From positions 1 to 64,000 of the forward strand of contig JAAFKJ010000043.1 in assembly GCA_021399395.1 (NCBI GenBank): a DNA stretch of 64,000 nucleotides, given 5' to 3'. A program made the translations under genes and the position numbers. The DNA comes from Candidatus Heimdallarchaeota archaeon (GTDB taxonomy: Archaea; Asgardarchaeota; Heimdallarchaeia; Heimdallarchaeales; Heimdallarchaeaceae). The notes under the pieces were generated by a model that was given only the letters and a program-made list of their open reading frames with translations, was not told the DNA's origin and made no database searches. Positions 10,509-20,044 of this stretch are shown piece by piece; the stretch's first letter is position 1; every line of letters starts with the position of its first letter.

Positions 10509-10683
10509 GGGTATTCCTCTTCTTGTAGCAGAATCTCCAAAATTAACAATAATCTCTTCTGTATTAAATGTTTTTAGGCAAGCCTTTAGCTATCATCTAT
10601 CTTTTTTCTCTTTATTTCATCCGGAATTTAAGAAAATCTTTTTATCATTCAACTTTAAATATCTAATACTGGGGTTATTCCGT

Positions 10684-12255
10684 ATGGATGAAGAAGATAC
10701 CTTTCAAGAAACAGAAAGAATGAGATTATTATTCTTCACTAGCCCTGATTGTTTTGCATGTCCAGAGGTAGAGAGAGTAATAGAGAACATCGCAGGTACT
10801 TCTATGAAGGGAATTCTTCATGTTAGTACTATAGATATCTCTGAAAATCAAGAGATTGCAGCTCAATATGGAATTCTGAGTGTTCCTGTCGTGATGATGA
10901 ATGATGAGCGGATAGCTGAAGGAATGATTACTGAAGATGTTATCCGTGAGAAACTTTGGTCTCAAATTCTACCAAACATCATAGAGCGAGAGCGAGATAC
11001 TAGACGCACTGAAAGCATGATGATTCTTACAAAGAATACCATTAGTAGTATCATCTCTCAAGAATTAGTTCGTAAGAATTTAGGTGATTATGTCCACATT
11101 AGCGTCTATCAGCAAGTGATGATGTCGCTCTTACAATTAGATCCATTAATTCCACAGCTTCTTTATCAAAATGGTAGAGAATTAGGTATTTTCGGTGCAG
11201 CTCCTTACTATCTTACTGTTCTTAACCCCAAAGTAGGTGCAGTTAAACCTGAAGAAAGATTTCAAGAGACTCTTATTGCTCTTGCTCAACTTTATAGTCA
11301 CAATAATACTATTCCTCTCTATTATGCTACTCAATGTGATGTTGCACAAATGGAAGGGTATACTGCTACTCTTCGAATTTATGAATTAGCTAATAGTGCA
11401 GGAGCCATTAATATCGGGGAAACTCTGTGTCATTTTACAGCTGGTGAAATCGCTGGAACCGTTGAAGCAATGATTGGTTCTGCTACAAGTGTAAAAGAGA
11501 CCAAATGTAAGGGACTTGGAGACCCATTTTGTGAATTTGAAATAGAGGTATACTTAGGTAAAGAGCCAGGAAAAGCACCTTATCTTGTTCATGAAACTAA
11601 AATGGAAGATAGGAAAGTACAATTCCTTGGAGACTTTCCAGCAGAAGATCACAGAAGACAATTGTTTTACGAATTTATACATGAGACAACCTTGCATGGT
11701 TATAATTCTCTGAAAATGACCGAAGCTCTTAGACCAAACGATGTAGATTATGTTCATATCAGCGCCCTTCAACAACAGATTATCTCTTTAAAGTTTAAAG
11801 ATAAATTCTGCGGTGCTCTCTTGTATTCCGCTGGAAGAGAGTTGGGTGTGATTGGTCCAGGGAAAGCTTTGATTTATGATTTATTAGCAAAAGAGCAGGC
11901 AGAATTACCGATAGAGTCTCTAAAACAAGCTACTAAAATTATGATGGAATATTTCACTCATCCAACTAATTATTTGCCAAGAGCTCATTCCTTTGTTGAG
12001 ATATCAGAAGGAGAAGAAGAGGACGAAATGTATCTCCGTATCTATGAATGTGCTTATGCATCTGGAGCTAACTTCTCAGAGACAGATATGAATGAAACCC
12101 TATGTGATTTCCAATCTGGATACATAGCAGGAAGATTAGCTCTAATCCTAAAAGATCCTCCTATCGTGACTGAAATAAAATGCCATGGAACAGGGCATAA
12201 TTACTGCGAATTCAGAATAGAAAAAGGATACTCCTTCGAAGAAGAAGGACACTAA
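10684..12255 (+). CDS. Thioredoxin-domain protein fused to two V4R domains
   Basis: FTSPDCFACP...YGILSVP (Trx fold), followed by two V4R repeats: ETLCHFTAGEIAG..ETKCKGLGDPFCEF and ETLCDFQSGYIAG..EIKCHGTGHNYCEF. The likely start is ATG 10684, preceded by a TTTAAATA box. Confidence 0.85.
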   Translation: MDEEDTFQETERMRLLFFTSPDCFACPEVERVIENIAGTSMKGILHVSTIDISENQEIAAQYGILSVPVVMMNDERIAEGMITEDVIREKLWSQILPNIIERERDTRRTESMMILTKNTISSIISQELVRKNLGDYVHISVYQQVMMSLLQLDPLIPQLLYQNGRELGIFGAAPYYLTVLNPKVGAVKPEERFQETLIALAQLYSHNNTIPLYYATQCDVAQMEGYTATLRIYELANSAGAINIGETLCHFTAGEIAGTVEAMIGSATSVKETKCKGLGDPFCEFEIEVYLGKEPGKAPYLVHETKMEDRKVQFLGDFPAEDHRRQLFYEFIHETTLHGYNSLKMTEALRPNDVDYVHISALQQQIISLKFKDKFCGALLYSAGRELGVIGPGKALIYDLLAKEQAELPIESLKQATKIMMEYFTHPTNYLPRAHSFVEISEGEEEDEMYLRIYECAYASGANFSETDMNETLCDFQSGYIAGRLALILKDPPIVTEIKCHGTGHNYCEFRIEKGYSFEEEGH

Positions 12256-12286
12256 GGAGCTTCTCTAGTTCAATAGGATAATCTTT

Positions 12287-12557
12287 GTGATGTGTTTTCA
12301 TCATGTTGACTTCTTAGCCAATCATCGTTGAGTTAATTTTGTAGTCGTTGTATGTTTCATTCCTTGTGGGTCTACACATACTCTACATGGGTACATCACG
12401 TACCCTCCTACCCCGTTCACCACACTTGAGCATGGTTTTCGGATCGCTTGTTCTCATTCTTGATGAGTATGGTGGAAGGAGATCCATTTTTCTTGTAGCT
12501 TGACTACAATCCGCAATGGGAGGTGGTCGCATAGGCTACATGAGTGTTAAATCACTC
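12287..12557 (-). mobile_element. Non-autonomous TnpB-derived element / orphan omegaRNA (copy 2)
   Basis: The minus strand of 12371-12449 is homologous to 9669-9750 (AAGCGATCCGAAA...ACGGGGTAGGAGG(A/G)TACGTGATGTA(T/C)CCA). It ends in ACATCAC (12293-12287). A TATA-like CTTATATA lies at 12587-12580. Confidence 0.68.
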
Positions 12558-12745
12558 TTTCTTAATAAAGACATTTAACTATATAAGCCCCTATAATATT
12601 AGCTTTAGTTATCTTTTAAACTGACTATAGACCCATTTAGCTTAACGAAACTGCATGAATTTCTAACAAGACTGCATGACAAATATCTTTATAACTTATT
12701 TTTTTTGTAGATTTCAAGAACAGTTTTATTCACAGGAAGATTATA

Positions 12746-13231
12746 ATGAGTTCAAAAATAAGGATACTGGATAAACAGTCAATGTGGCCTAGTGTAGTCG
12801 CAGTTTTTGCTATTTCTTTCTTAGCTCAAATACCACATTTCTATTATTTACATGACATCGTCGAATTTAATACTTGGGAGTATCTTCCATTATTGATAGC
12901 ATTTCCTATTTTTGGAACTTTTGTTCTAACAGCTGTTTCACTTTTAATCTCTGAAGCTCTAATGAATAGGGTAAGAGATGTTAGGGAAAGGAAGTTATTC
13001 AGATATCTCTTGAGAGGAGCACTTTATACTGTTTTACTGTATTTTGTAATTCAAATATTAATAGTGTTCTTTGGGTTTGAAGCCATAGAGGCATTTAGAG
13101 AGCTCATGCCTCCAGGTTTAGTTGATAGTGTTGCTTTCAAAGAAATTTTTGGAATGTCTTTAATGTTAATTGTTGGTATCTTCATTAATCCACCAATCCA
13201 AATAACAAGAAGACGAACTAAAAAGAAGTAA
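12746..13231 (+). CDS. Hypothetical membrane protein (about 4 TM)
   Basis: Four hydrophobic segments and a basic tail. Confidence 0.7.
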   Translation: MSSKIRILDKQSMWPSVVAVFAISFLAQIPHFYYLHDIVEFNTWEYLPLLIAFPIFGTFVLTAVSLLISEALMNRVRDVRERKLFRYLLRGALYTVLLYFVIQILIVFFGFEAIEAFRELMPPGLVDSVAFKEIFGMSLMLIVGIFINPPIQITRRRTKKK

Positions 13232-13300
13232 TTTTGACTACTTTTGATTTGCTTTTTAATTTCTTTTTAGGTTTTTATACTCTTTTTTTGTTTTCTTATC

Positions 13301-13386
13301 GAAGCTAGCTTGCCACTCTGTTGCGTGGTTAAAGCATTTGTCTCTACCCCAAAGTTTCGTTTCACCATCTTCGGAGGGCTAGCTTC
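13301..13386. ncRNA. Candidate structured RNA or small inverted-repeat element
   Basis: Perfect 9-bp closing stem GAAGCTAGC/GCTAGCTTC with two internal hairpins; a GC-richer island in a T-rich convergent intergenic region. Confidence 0.45.
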
Positions 13387-13470
13387 TTTCTCCCTCTTAA
13401 AATTGACAAAATTAGTAGATAGTTATTGTTGTTAAATTTAAAGAAAAAAGAAGAAAAATAAAAAGAGAAT

Positions 13471-15003
13471 TTAAGGTACGTATTCACCTTTTTCTCGTTT
13501 GTCTTTCAAAATCTTGTAAGATACAACTAAGTTTCTAATTGACCATCCAGAATCGATTCTTCCAACTGATGTCCATGTTGGTGCATGATGAGCATAGTCT
13601 GGATCAGCTTTTGCTTTTTCCATCTCTTCTGCAACAGTATCAACATATTGGTCAATTCTGTCTTTGTTTTCATTCTCAGTTGGTTCAACCATCCAAGCTT
13701 CATGTGCGATAAGAGGGAAGTAAACTGTTGGTGCATGCAATCCTCGGCTGATGATCATTTTAGCAATATCCATCCCTGAAACATCATAGTTTCTTAAGAA
13801 AGGAGTTGCTTCAAGAACACCTTCGTGTTTTCTTGGAATATCTTTACCACCTGCAATTCTGAAACCATCAAGTTTTTCTAGTTTTCTAACTGCATAATTT
13901 GCTGTTAAAACTGCTTGTTCAGCTGTGTTTACAAGTCCTTTAAATCCTAATGCAGCAATGTAAGCATATGCTCTAAGAGCTACAGCAATATTACCATGGT
14001 ACCCATGTAGTTTTCCAATAGATTTGGGTCTGTCGTAGTTGAAGAAGTAGTAATCTTTGTCCTTATCATAATCGATTGTCGGGACAGGCAGGTAAGGTTC
14101 TAATAAATCGTTACAACAAACTGCAGCAGATCCTGGTCCTCCACCACCATGTGGGGTTCCAAAAGTTTTATGCAAGTTAAAGTGTAAAACATCATAACCC
14201 ATATCTCCTGGTCTTACTTTTCCTACGATAGCATTAAAGTTTGCACCATCATAATAAAGTAATCCGCCAGCTTCTTTAACGATTTTAGACATTTCAATAA
14301 TGTCATCTTCGAAGATACCCAAAGTGTTGGGATTAGTTAGCATCAAACCTGCAGTTTTGTCTGAAACAGCAGCTTTGAGGGCATCCATATCTACTCTTCC
14401 ATCTTCTCTGGACTTTATCTCAATTAGTTTCATTCCATTCATTACTGTACTAGCTGGATTTGTTCCATGGCTTGAATCTGGAGCTATAATTTCGTCTCTT
14501 TGTGTATCTCCATTATCTTCATGATATGCTTTGATTAACGCTAAACCACAGTATTCTCCACTAGCACCTGCAGGAGTTTGTAGAGTTGTATACTTAAGAC
14601 CTGCTAAATTAGCGAGGGCAACTTGGAGTTCATATATAATCTCTAGAATACCTTGAGCTGTTTCAACAGGTTGGTTTGGATGCATATACATCAGTTTTTC
14701 AGAACGTGCAAGAGTTTCATTGATTTTAGGATTGTATTTCATAGTACAGGATCCTAAGGGATAGGTATTGACATCAATACAATAGTTCATGTGCGATAAG
14801 CGAACGTAGTGGCGCATAACTTCTCCTTCGTGAAGTTCGGGTAATTCAGGAGGAGTTGTTCGTATCATATTTTCTGGTATCTTGATTTTGTCTCTTGAAA
14901 AATCACATCTTGGTGGGATATGAGCTTTTCTGCCTTTCTTACCTAATTCAAAGATAAGTGGTTCATCATATTTTGCTTGTCTGTACATTTCTATTTCCTC
15001 CAT
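13471..15003 (-). CDS. gcvPB: Glycine dehydrogenase (decarboxylating) subunit 2
   Basis: YPLGSCTMKYNP, SHGTNPAS, HFNLHKTFGTPHGGGGPG, MVEPTE. Confidence 0.96.
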   Translation of the reverse strand: MEEIEMYRQAKYDEPLIFELGKKGRKAHIPPRCDFSRDKIKIPENMIRTTPPELPELHEGEVMRHYVRLSHMNYCIDVNTYPLGSCTMKYNPKINETLARSEKLMYMHPNQPVETAQGILEIIYELQVALANLAGLKYTTLQTPAGASGEYCGLALIKAYHEDNGDTQRDEIIAPDSSHGTNPASTVMNGMKLIEIKSREDGRVDMDALKAAVSDKTAGLMLTNPNTLGIFEDDIIEMSKIVKEAGGLLYYDGANFNAIVGKVRPGDMGYDVLHFNLHKTFGTPHGGGGPGSAAVCCNDLLEPYLPVPTIDYDKDKDYYFFNYDRPKSIGKLHGYHGNIAVALRAYAYIAALGFKGLVNTAEQAVLTANYAVRKLEKLDGFRIAGGKDIPRKHEGVLEATPFLRNYDVSGMDIAKMIISRGLHAPTVYFPLIAHEAWMVEPTENENKDRIDQYVDTVAEEMEKAKADPDYAHHAPTWTSVGRIDSGWSIRNLVVSYKILKDKREKGEYVP

Positions 15004-16376
15004 TCTCCAATTGCTTTAACATAGTCGTTCAGATCTTCTTCACACAAGAGATATGATGTTGTTACTAAGTAATCGTAGTTTTCACCATCAAATGAGTGGG
15101 GAATTCCTGGAAAGATTTTTCTTTCAAGCATGAAATCTGTAAATTCCTTCTTTTTGTCCTTTGGAATCTTCAAGTCAAGTAAAAGGGTATTGAAAAACTC
15201 ACTACTAAATACTCTTTTCACACCAATCTTTTCTAATTCGTCTGCTATGAAATGTGCACTTAGATACATGGTTTCTGCAGTGTCTTTATATCCTTCTGGA
15301 CCAAGAAGAGATAAATGAATTGCACAACTTAATGAAACCAAAGCTTCGTTTGTACAAATGTTACTTGTTGCTCTCTCTCTTTTGATATGTTGTTCTCTTG
15401 TTTCAAGAGTATTTGCATAAGCTCTTTCACCTTCATTAGATGTAGTAGTGATTCCCACTATACGACCAGGCATTTGTCTGGTTTCTCTCTTATCAAATTT
15501 CATTGCCAAAACTCCTAATAGAGGACCCCCGTAATTTAGTGGACCTCCACCGATTGTTTGAGCTTCACCAATGCATATGTCTGCTCCATATTCTGCTGGT
15601 GGTTTAATAAGCGCTAATGAATTCATATCAGCACCAACGGTAACTTTGATACCGAGTTCCTTAGCTTTAGCGATAATTTCATCTAATTCATCTTCAATAA
15701 CACCAAAGAAATTTGGATTCTCTATGTAAATACCAGCAATGGTATCATCCAACATTTCCTTAGCTTTAGCAATATCCATCTTACCTGTTGCTGAATCATA
15801 AGGGATTGCAGCTAATTCTAGATTGGCACCAACCACATAATTCTTCAAAACAGCTTCTCTGTTTGGTGCAGTTGCAGCTGTATAGATGAATTTGTTTCTT
15901 TTGGTGATTCTTGCTGACATTAATGCAGCTTCACCTACGGCAGTAGCCCAATCATATAAAGAACAGTTAGCAACATTCATACCTGTTATTTCGCATATCA
16001 TACTTTGATACTCAAATAAACTCTGAAGAGTTCCTTGAGATATTTCTGGTTGGTAGGGGGTATAAGCACTATAGAATTCTGTTCTTCTGAGTAGTTCATC
16101 TTGGATAGCTGGTATATAGATATCCAATACTCCTCCACCGATGAAAGATCTAACCTCTCTTGTAGTGATATTCTTGCTTAATTTAGCTTTCACAGCTTCA
16201 ATAAGTTCGTATTCACTTTTATAGAATGGAAGATCTAACTCACCTTTAAAGCGAATTTCGTCAGGTATATCAGAAAATAATTCCTCGATATCTTTGATAC
16301 CGAGATATTCCATCATCTCATTGAGATCCTGTTGACTATTTGCAAGGTAGGGATGTCCTTTAAAATCTTCTTTCAT
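14991..16376 (-). CDS. gcvPA: Glycine dehydrogenase (decarboxylating) subunit 1
   Basis: YTPYQPEISQGTLQ, YGGP, MPGRIVG, TREQHIKRERATSNICTNEAL. Confidence 0.96.
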   Translation of the reverse strand: MKEDFKGHPYLANSQQDLNEMMEYLGIKDIEELFSDIPDEIRFKGELDLPFYKSEYELIEAVKAKLSKNITTREVRSFIGGGVLDIYIPAIQDELLRRTEFYSAYTPYQPEISQGTLQSLFEYQSMICEITGMNVANCSLYDWATAVGEAALMSARITKRNKFIYTAATAPNREAVLKNYVVGANLELAAIPYDSATGKMDIAKAKEMLDDTIAGIYIENPNFFGVIEDELDEIIAKAKELGIKVTVGADMNSLALIKPPAEYGADICIGEAQTIGGGPLNYGGPLLGVLAMKFDKRETRQMPGRIVGITTTSNEGERAYANTLETREQHIKRERATSNICTNEALVSLSCAIHLSLLGPEGYKDTAETMYLSAHFIADELEKIGVKRVFSSEFFNTLLLDLKIPKDKKKEFTDFMLERKIFPGIPHSFDGENYDYLVTTSYLLCEEDLNDYVKAIGEWRK

Positions 16377-16434
16377 TTTTGTACCTCTTTATTATTCATA
16401 AAAATAGAGGGGATAAAATCGCCTCTTAAAAAAA

Positions 16435-16863
16435 CTAATGGGTTCCTTCTTCTATTTCTTTTTCGACCTGTTTTGCGTACTCTTCAGCACTAATCAAGAC
16501 ATCTGTACCGGCTGTTGGTTTGACTTTAAGCAACCAACCTTTGCCATAACAGTCTTCTGTGATATCTGATGCATCATCCTCTAAATCAGAATGAACTTCA
16601 ACAACTTCACAATCGAAAGGAGCATAGAAATCTGAAACTGTTTTCAAAGCTTCAATGATACCCATTGAATCGCCTGTTGAAAAAGTATCACCAATTCCAG
16701 GAAGCTCTACGTAAGCTAATTCGCCAAGCTCTACAGCTGCATAATTTGTTACACCGTATAACCAGACACCGTTTTCTTCAAGTACCCATTCATGTGTTAT
16801 AGTATACTTGTAAGGTTCTTTTACAAATTTGTATTTATCTTTAAGAACAATTTCGTCTACCAT
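16435..16863 (-). CDS. gcvH: Glycine cleavage system H protein
   Basis: HEWV, GVTNYA..ELGELAYVELP, lipoyl-lysine motif EALKTVSD, YGKGWLLK. Confidence 0.94.
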   Translation of the reverse strand: MVDEIVLKDKYKFVKEPYKYTITHEWVLEENGVWLYGVTNYAAVELGELAYVELPGIGDTFSTGDSMGIIEALKTVSDFYAPFDCEVVEVHSDLEDDASDITEDCYGKGWLLKVKPTAGTDVLISAEEYAKQVEKEIEEGTH

Positions 16864-16978
16864 TTTGAATCCTCTTCTTTTGTAGAATTGGTTTAACGGA
16901 AGAAGTTCACTTTATAAATATTATTAATAAGATACGAATCAGTCAATATGCTTTCTTAGGTTTGTTTCATCATTTTTT

Positions 16979-17407
16979 CTAAAGGTCTACAATAACATGA
17001 CAATACCATTCATCCTCTCGTTTTTCGAGAACAAATTTGTGCATTGTAATGGCTTTTACATCAGTTAAAATCTCATTTTTTGAATAATCAATTTCAGTTC
17101 CATGAGCTACACAATTAAGAGACATTTCGTTTTCCTCTTCAATTTTAATCTCAAAATCTTTGAATAAGATAGATTCTACATCTTTAAGATATACCAACTC
17201 TCCAAGAAAGTCAAATAATAATAAGTTCAGATTCTCTGATTTCAGCTTGAATTCCCATTTTTTATCTGCAACCAACTCTTTAGTATCCACCATAGCTAGC
17301 ATCATAGCTATCCCTGCTCCTCTAAATAACCCGGAGATAGAATCTGAGAATACTTCAAATGCAAAATCTGATTTTACTTCTTCTGTAAGTATGTTGTATC
17401 TGAACAT
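16979..17407 (-). CDS. Archease
   Basis: LLFDFLGELVYLKD, VKAITMH and C-terminal DL; divergent from rtcB. Confidence 0.88.
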   Translation of the reverse strand: MFRYNILTEEVKSDFAFEVFSDSISGLFRGAGIAMMLAMVDTKELVADKKWEFKLKSENLNLLLFDFLGELVYLKDVESILFKDFEIKIEEENEMSLNCVAHGTEIDYSKNEILTDVKAITMHKFVLEKREDEWYCHVIVDL

Positions 17408-17507
17408 TGAAATCAAATAAAAATACTGTGACTAAATTAAAAATTATCCTTTTTTCGTTTTTTTATGATAAATCACGAGATTTATTAAAACTAATATCTT
17501 CATTTAA

Positions 17508-18992
17508 ATGAGAAAAATGTCAAATGATAACATACCTATGAAACAGATAGATCAAACAACTTGGGAAATTCCTGTAACATATAAGAAAGGAATGAGAGTA
17601 CCAGCTCGATTGATTGTTACTCCTGCTTTAAAGAAAGGTATTGAACACAGGGTAATAGATCAAATTACTAATGTAGCAACCCTTCCTGGAATTCAAAAAT
17701 ATGCTATTGCTTTACCAGATGCACATGCTGGGTATGGGTTTCCAATAGGTGGAGTAGCGGCAATGGATATGGAAGAAGGTGTAATTAGTCCTGGTGGAGT
17801 GGGTTTCGATATTAACTGTGGAGTGCGTATGCTCACAACAACCCTTGAGGAAAGAGATGTTCGCCCAAAAATAAAAGAACTTATTGAAAAATTATTCCGC
17901 AAAGTTCCAGCAGGTGTTGGAGTACAACTCAAACATGATCCTAAATTGGCAAACTTATCTCGTTCTGAATTTGATTCAGTTTTAGAAAATGGTGCTCAAT
18001 GGTGCCAAGAGAATGGCTATGCACGTGAAGCCGATGTACGTAGGATAGAAAGCCAAGGAAAGATGCCAAAAGCTAACGCAGCCAAAGTGAGTGATAAGGC
18101 AAAAAGTAGAGGACTAAGACAACTGGGAACGCTTGGTTCTGGAAATCACTATCTGGAAATTCAAGTTATAAAACCAGGGGATATATTCGATCCTGAAAAG
18201 GGAGCTAAATTTGGTTTGACTAAACCATATCAGGTAACAGCCATGATACACTGTGGTTCAAGAGGATTTGGACATCAAGTTGCAACTGACTATCTCAGAA
18301 CTTGCTTAACTGCCATGAATAAATATAACATCCCTATACAAGATCAAGAATTAGCTAGTGTACCTATCAATTCTCAAGAGGGTGAAGACTACTTCGCTGC
18401 CATGAGCTGTGCTTCAAACATGGCTTATGCAAATAGGCAAGTTATAACTTATAATGTGAGACAAGTCTTTACAGAAGTATTCCAACAAGATGAAGATGAT
18501 TTAGGACTTGACCTAATATATGATGTTGCTCACAATATCGCAAAAATTGAAGATCACGTGGTAGATGGCAAAAAGAAGAAATTGATGGTTCATCGAAAAG
18601 GAGCTACTAGGGGTTTTCCACCAAATCATCCTGAAATTCCAGAGGAGTATAAAGCACTGGGTCAACCTGTTCTTTTGGGAGGATCCATGGAAACTGGATC
18701 TTATCTGCTTACTGGAACTCAAAGAGCAATGGAAGTAAGTTTCGGTTCTACTGCACATGGAGCTGGTAGAACAATGAGTAGAAGCAAAGCTAAGAGACAA
18801 ATTAGAGGTGATTTCCTTCAACAAAAAATGAGGGAAAAAGGTATCTATGTTAAAGGAGCATCAATGCCAGGTTTGGCTGAAGAAGCAGGTTTTGCTTACA
18901 AAGATATTGATGAAGTAGTAAATGCTTTGAAAATTTCAGGAATTAGTCATCCTATCGCAAGAGTAAAACCTCTTGGAAATGTAAAAGGATAA
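17508..18992 (+). CDS. rtcB: RtcB RNA ligase (tRNA splicing)
   Basis: PDAHAGYGFPIGG, DINCG, GTLGSGNHY, HCGSRG, HN, HRKGAT, HGAGR, YKD. Confidence 0.97.
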   Translation: MRKMSNDNIPMKQIDQTTWEIPVTYKKGMRVPARLIVTPALKKGIEHRVIDQITNVATLPGIQKYAIALPDAHAGYGFPIGGVAAMDMEEGVISPGGVGFDINCGVRMLTTTLEERDVRPKIKELIEKLFRKVPAGVGVQLKHDPKLANLSRSEFDSVLENGAQWCQENGYAREADVRRIESQGKMPKANAAKVSDKAKSRGLRQLGTLGSGNHYLEIQVIKPGDIFDPEKGAKFGLTKPYQVTAMIHCGSRGFGHQVATDYLRTCLTAMNKYNIPIQDQELASVPINSQEGEDYFAAMSCASNMAYANRQVITYNVRQVFTEVFQQDEDDLGLDLIYDVAHNIAKIEDHVVDGKKKKLMVHRKGATRGFPPNHPEIPEEYKALGQPVLLGGSMETGSYLLTGTQRAMEVSFGSTAHGAGRTMSRSKAKRQIRGDFLQQKMREKGIYVKGASMPGLAEEAGFAYKDIDEVVNALKISGISHPIARVKPLGNVKG

Positions 18993-19004
18993 ACAATCCT
19001 TTTT

Positions 19005-20036
19005 CTACTTTTGTCTCAAATCAACAATTTCAGTTTCAAGAACTTTTTCTTTGGTCCATTCAATTATTTCTTCCAAGGATGGTTCAAGACTTTCCATTTC
19101 TGCTCCAGATGCGCCTTTATGACCTCCACCATCCATCTTTTTTGCTAAGAGATCAACTCGATACTTCTCGACAGTTTGAGGTTTTAGAGATCTGCTCAAT
19201 CTGAGACTTATTTTTACTTCATCTGGATAAACTGTAATATATGCAACTCCTGTAGCACCTTTTTTCATAACTTCACTTGCAATAAAGGCAGTATTGTAGT
19301 GTAATGGAGAGTCAATAATTATGATGAAATCCTTAATATCTATTTCTTCAGCTCGGTCAAAAGCATCCTTTCTTGACTGTCGAACAGCTTTTACACGTTC
19401 TAATATTTCCTCTTTCCAAAGACCCTTTAAACCGTTGATGGAAAGAATTTCAATGAGCTGATCATGTTCTTCTATAGTATAAGTCGATTTACAGACATCT
19501 TGTAAGAACCAGATTTTGTCATCCCAATCATTTTCTTCAAAATTCTCTTTGAGAGCTAAGGGAGCTGGAGTTTTATAACTTGCAGTATCAGTTATTTCAG
19601 TAATATCTGCGAGTTCTTTCATGTAGTTCGATACCTTATCGGAAAAATAAAGTGCTATAAGAGCTGCTGCACTTGGTGCTTTGGGATCAAAAACATGTTC
19701 AGTTGCGTTGATTTTCTTCCCTACATTAGAAATATGGTGGTCGAAGAAATAATCAATTTCTTTAGAGTTAAAGGGACTTAAATCAACAATTGCGAACCAA
19801 TCTGTTAAAGTAAAACTCTCCATAACTTCTTTATCTTTCAACATAGGATAATCAATAGGTATAAATTGTAGATTCAAAGAAGGAAAAACATGTTTTAGAA
19901 GTGCTGCAGATACAACACCATCAGGACAGTTGAAATGATATCCAACCTTTTTAGTGGTTGTTTTTGCACGCTCTAGAACCTTTGAACGATAATGCTCTTT
20001 TTGATCTATTAGATCTTTCATTGACTTTGTTGTCAT
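19005..20036 (-). CDS. DHH/DHHA1 family phosphoesterase (NrnA-like)
   Basis: H...PDG, IVDL, FDHH, SLR, GGGHKGASG. Confidence 0.8.
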   Translation of the reverse strand: MTTKSMKDLIDQKEHYRSKVLERAKTTTKKVGYHFNCPDGVVSAALLKHVFPSLNLQFIPIDYPMLKDKEVMESFTLTDWFAIVDLSPFNSKEIDYFFDHHISNVGKKINATEHVFDPKAPSAAALIALYFSDKVSNYMKELADITEITDTASYKTPAPLALKENFEENDWDDKIWFLQDVCKSTYTIEEHDQLIEILSINGLKGLWKEEILERVKAVRQSRKDAFDRAEEIDIKDFIIIIDSPLHYNTAFIASEVMKKGATGVAYITVYPDEVKISLRLSRSLKPQTVEKYRVDLLAKKMDGGGHKGASGAEMESLEPSLEEIIEWTKEKVLETEIVDLRQK

Positions 20037-20044
20037 AATGGTTA

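Noticed and set aside
10495-10683. N-terminal extension of the Trx-V4R ORF
   Set aside because: It overlaps the divergent gene start and promoter region; ATG 10684 after a TATA box is the better start.
9571-12557. Composite transposon formed by the two inverted TnpB remnants carrying the two genes between them
   Set aside because: Both right ends point inward and the copies are well diverged; IS200/IS605 elements do not use inverted ends. Independent insertions are more parsimonious.
12650-12679. Direct repeat ACTGCATGA x2, 21 bp apart
   Set aside because: Too short to distinguish from chance without comparative data.
13301-13386. tRNA, SECIS or canonical glycine riboswitch
   Set aside because: There is no cloverleaf or T-loop, no in-frame TGA candidate was noticed in neighbouring genes, and the aptamer core is incomplete and lies 3' of gcv. 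It is kept only as an unknown element.
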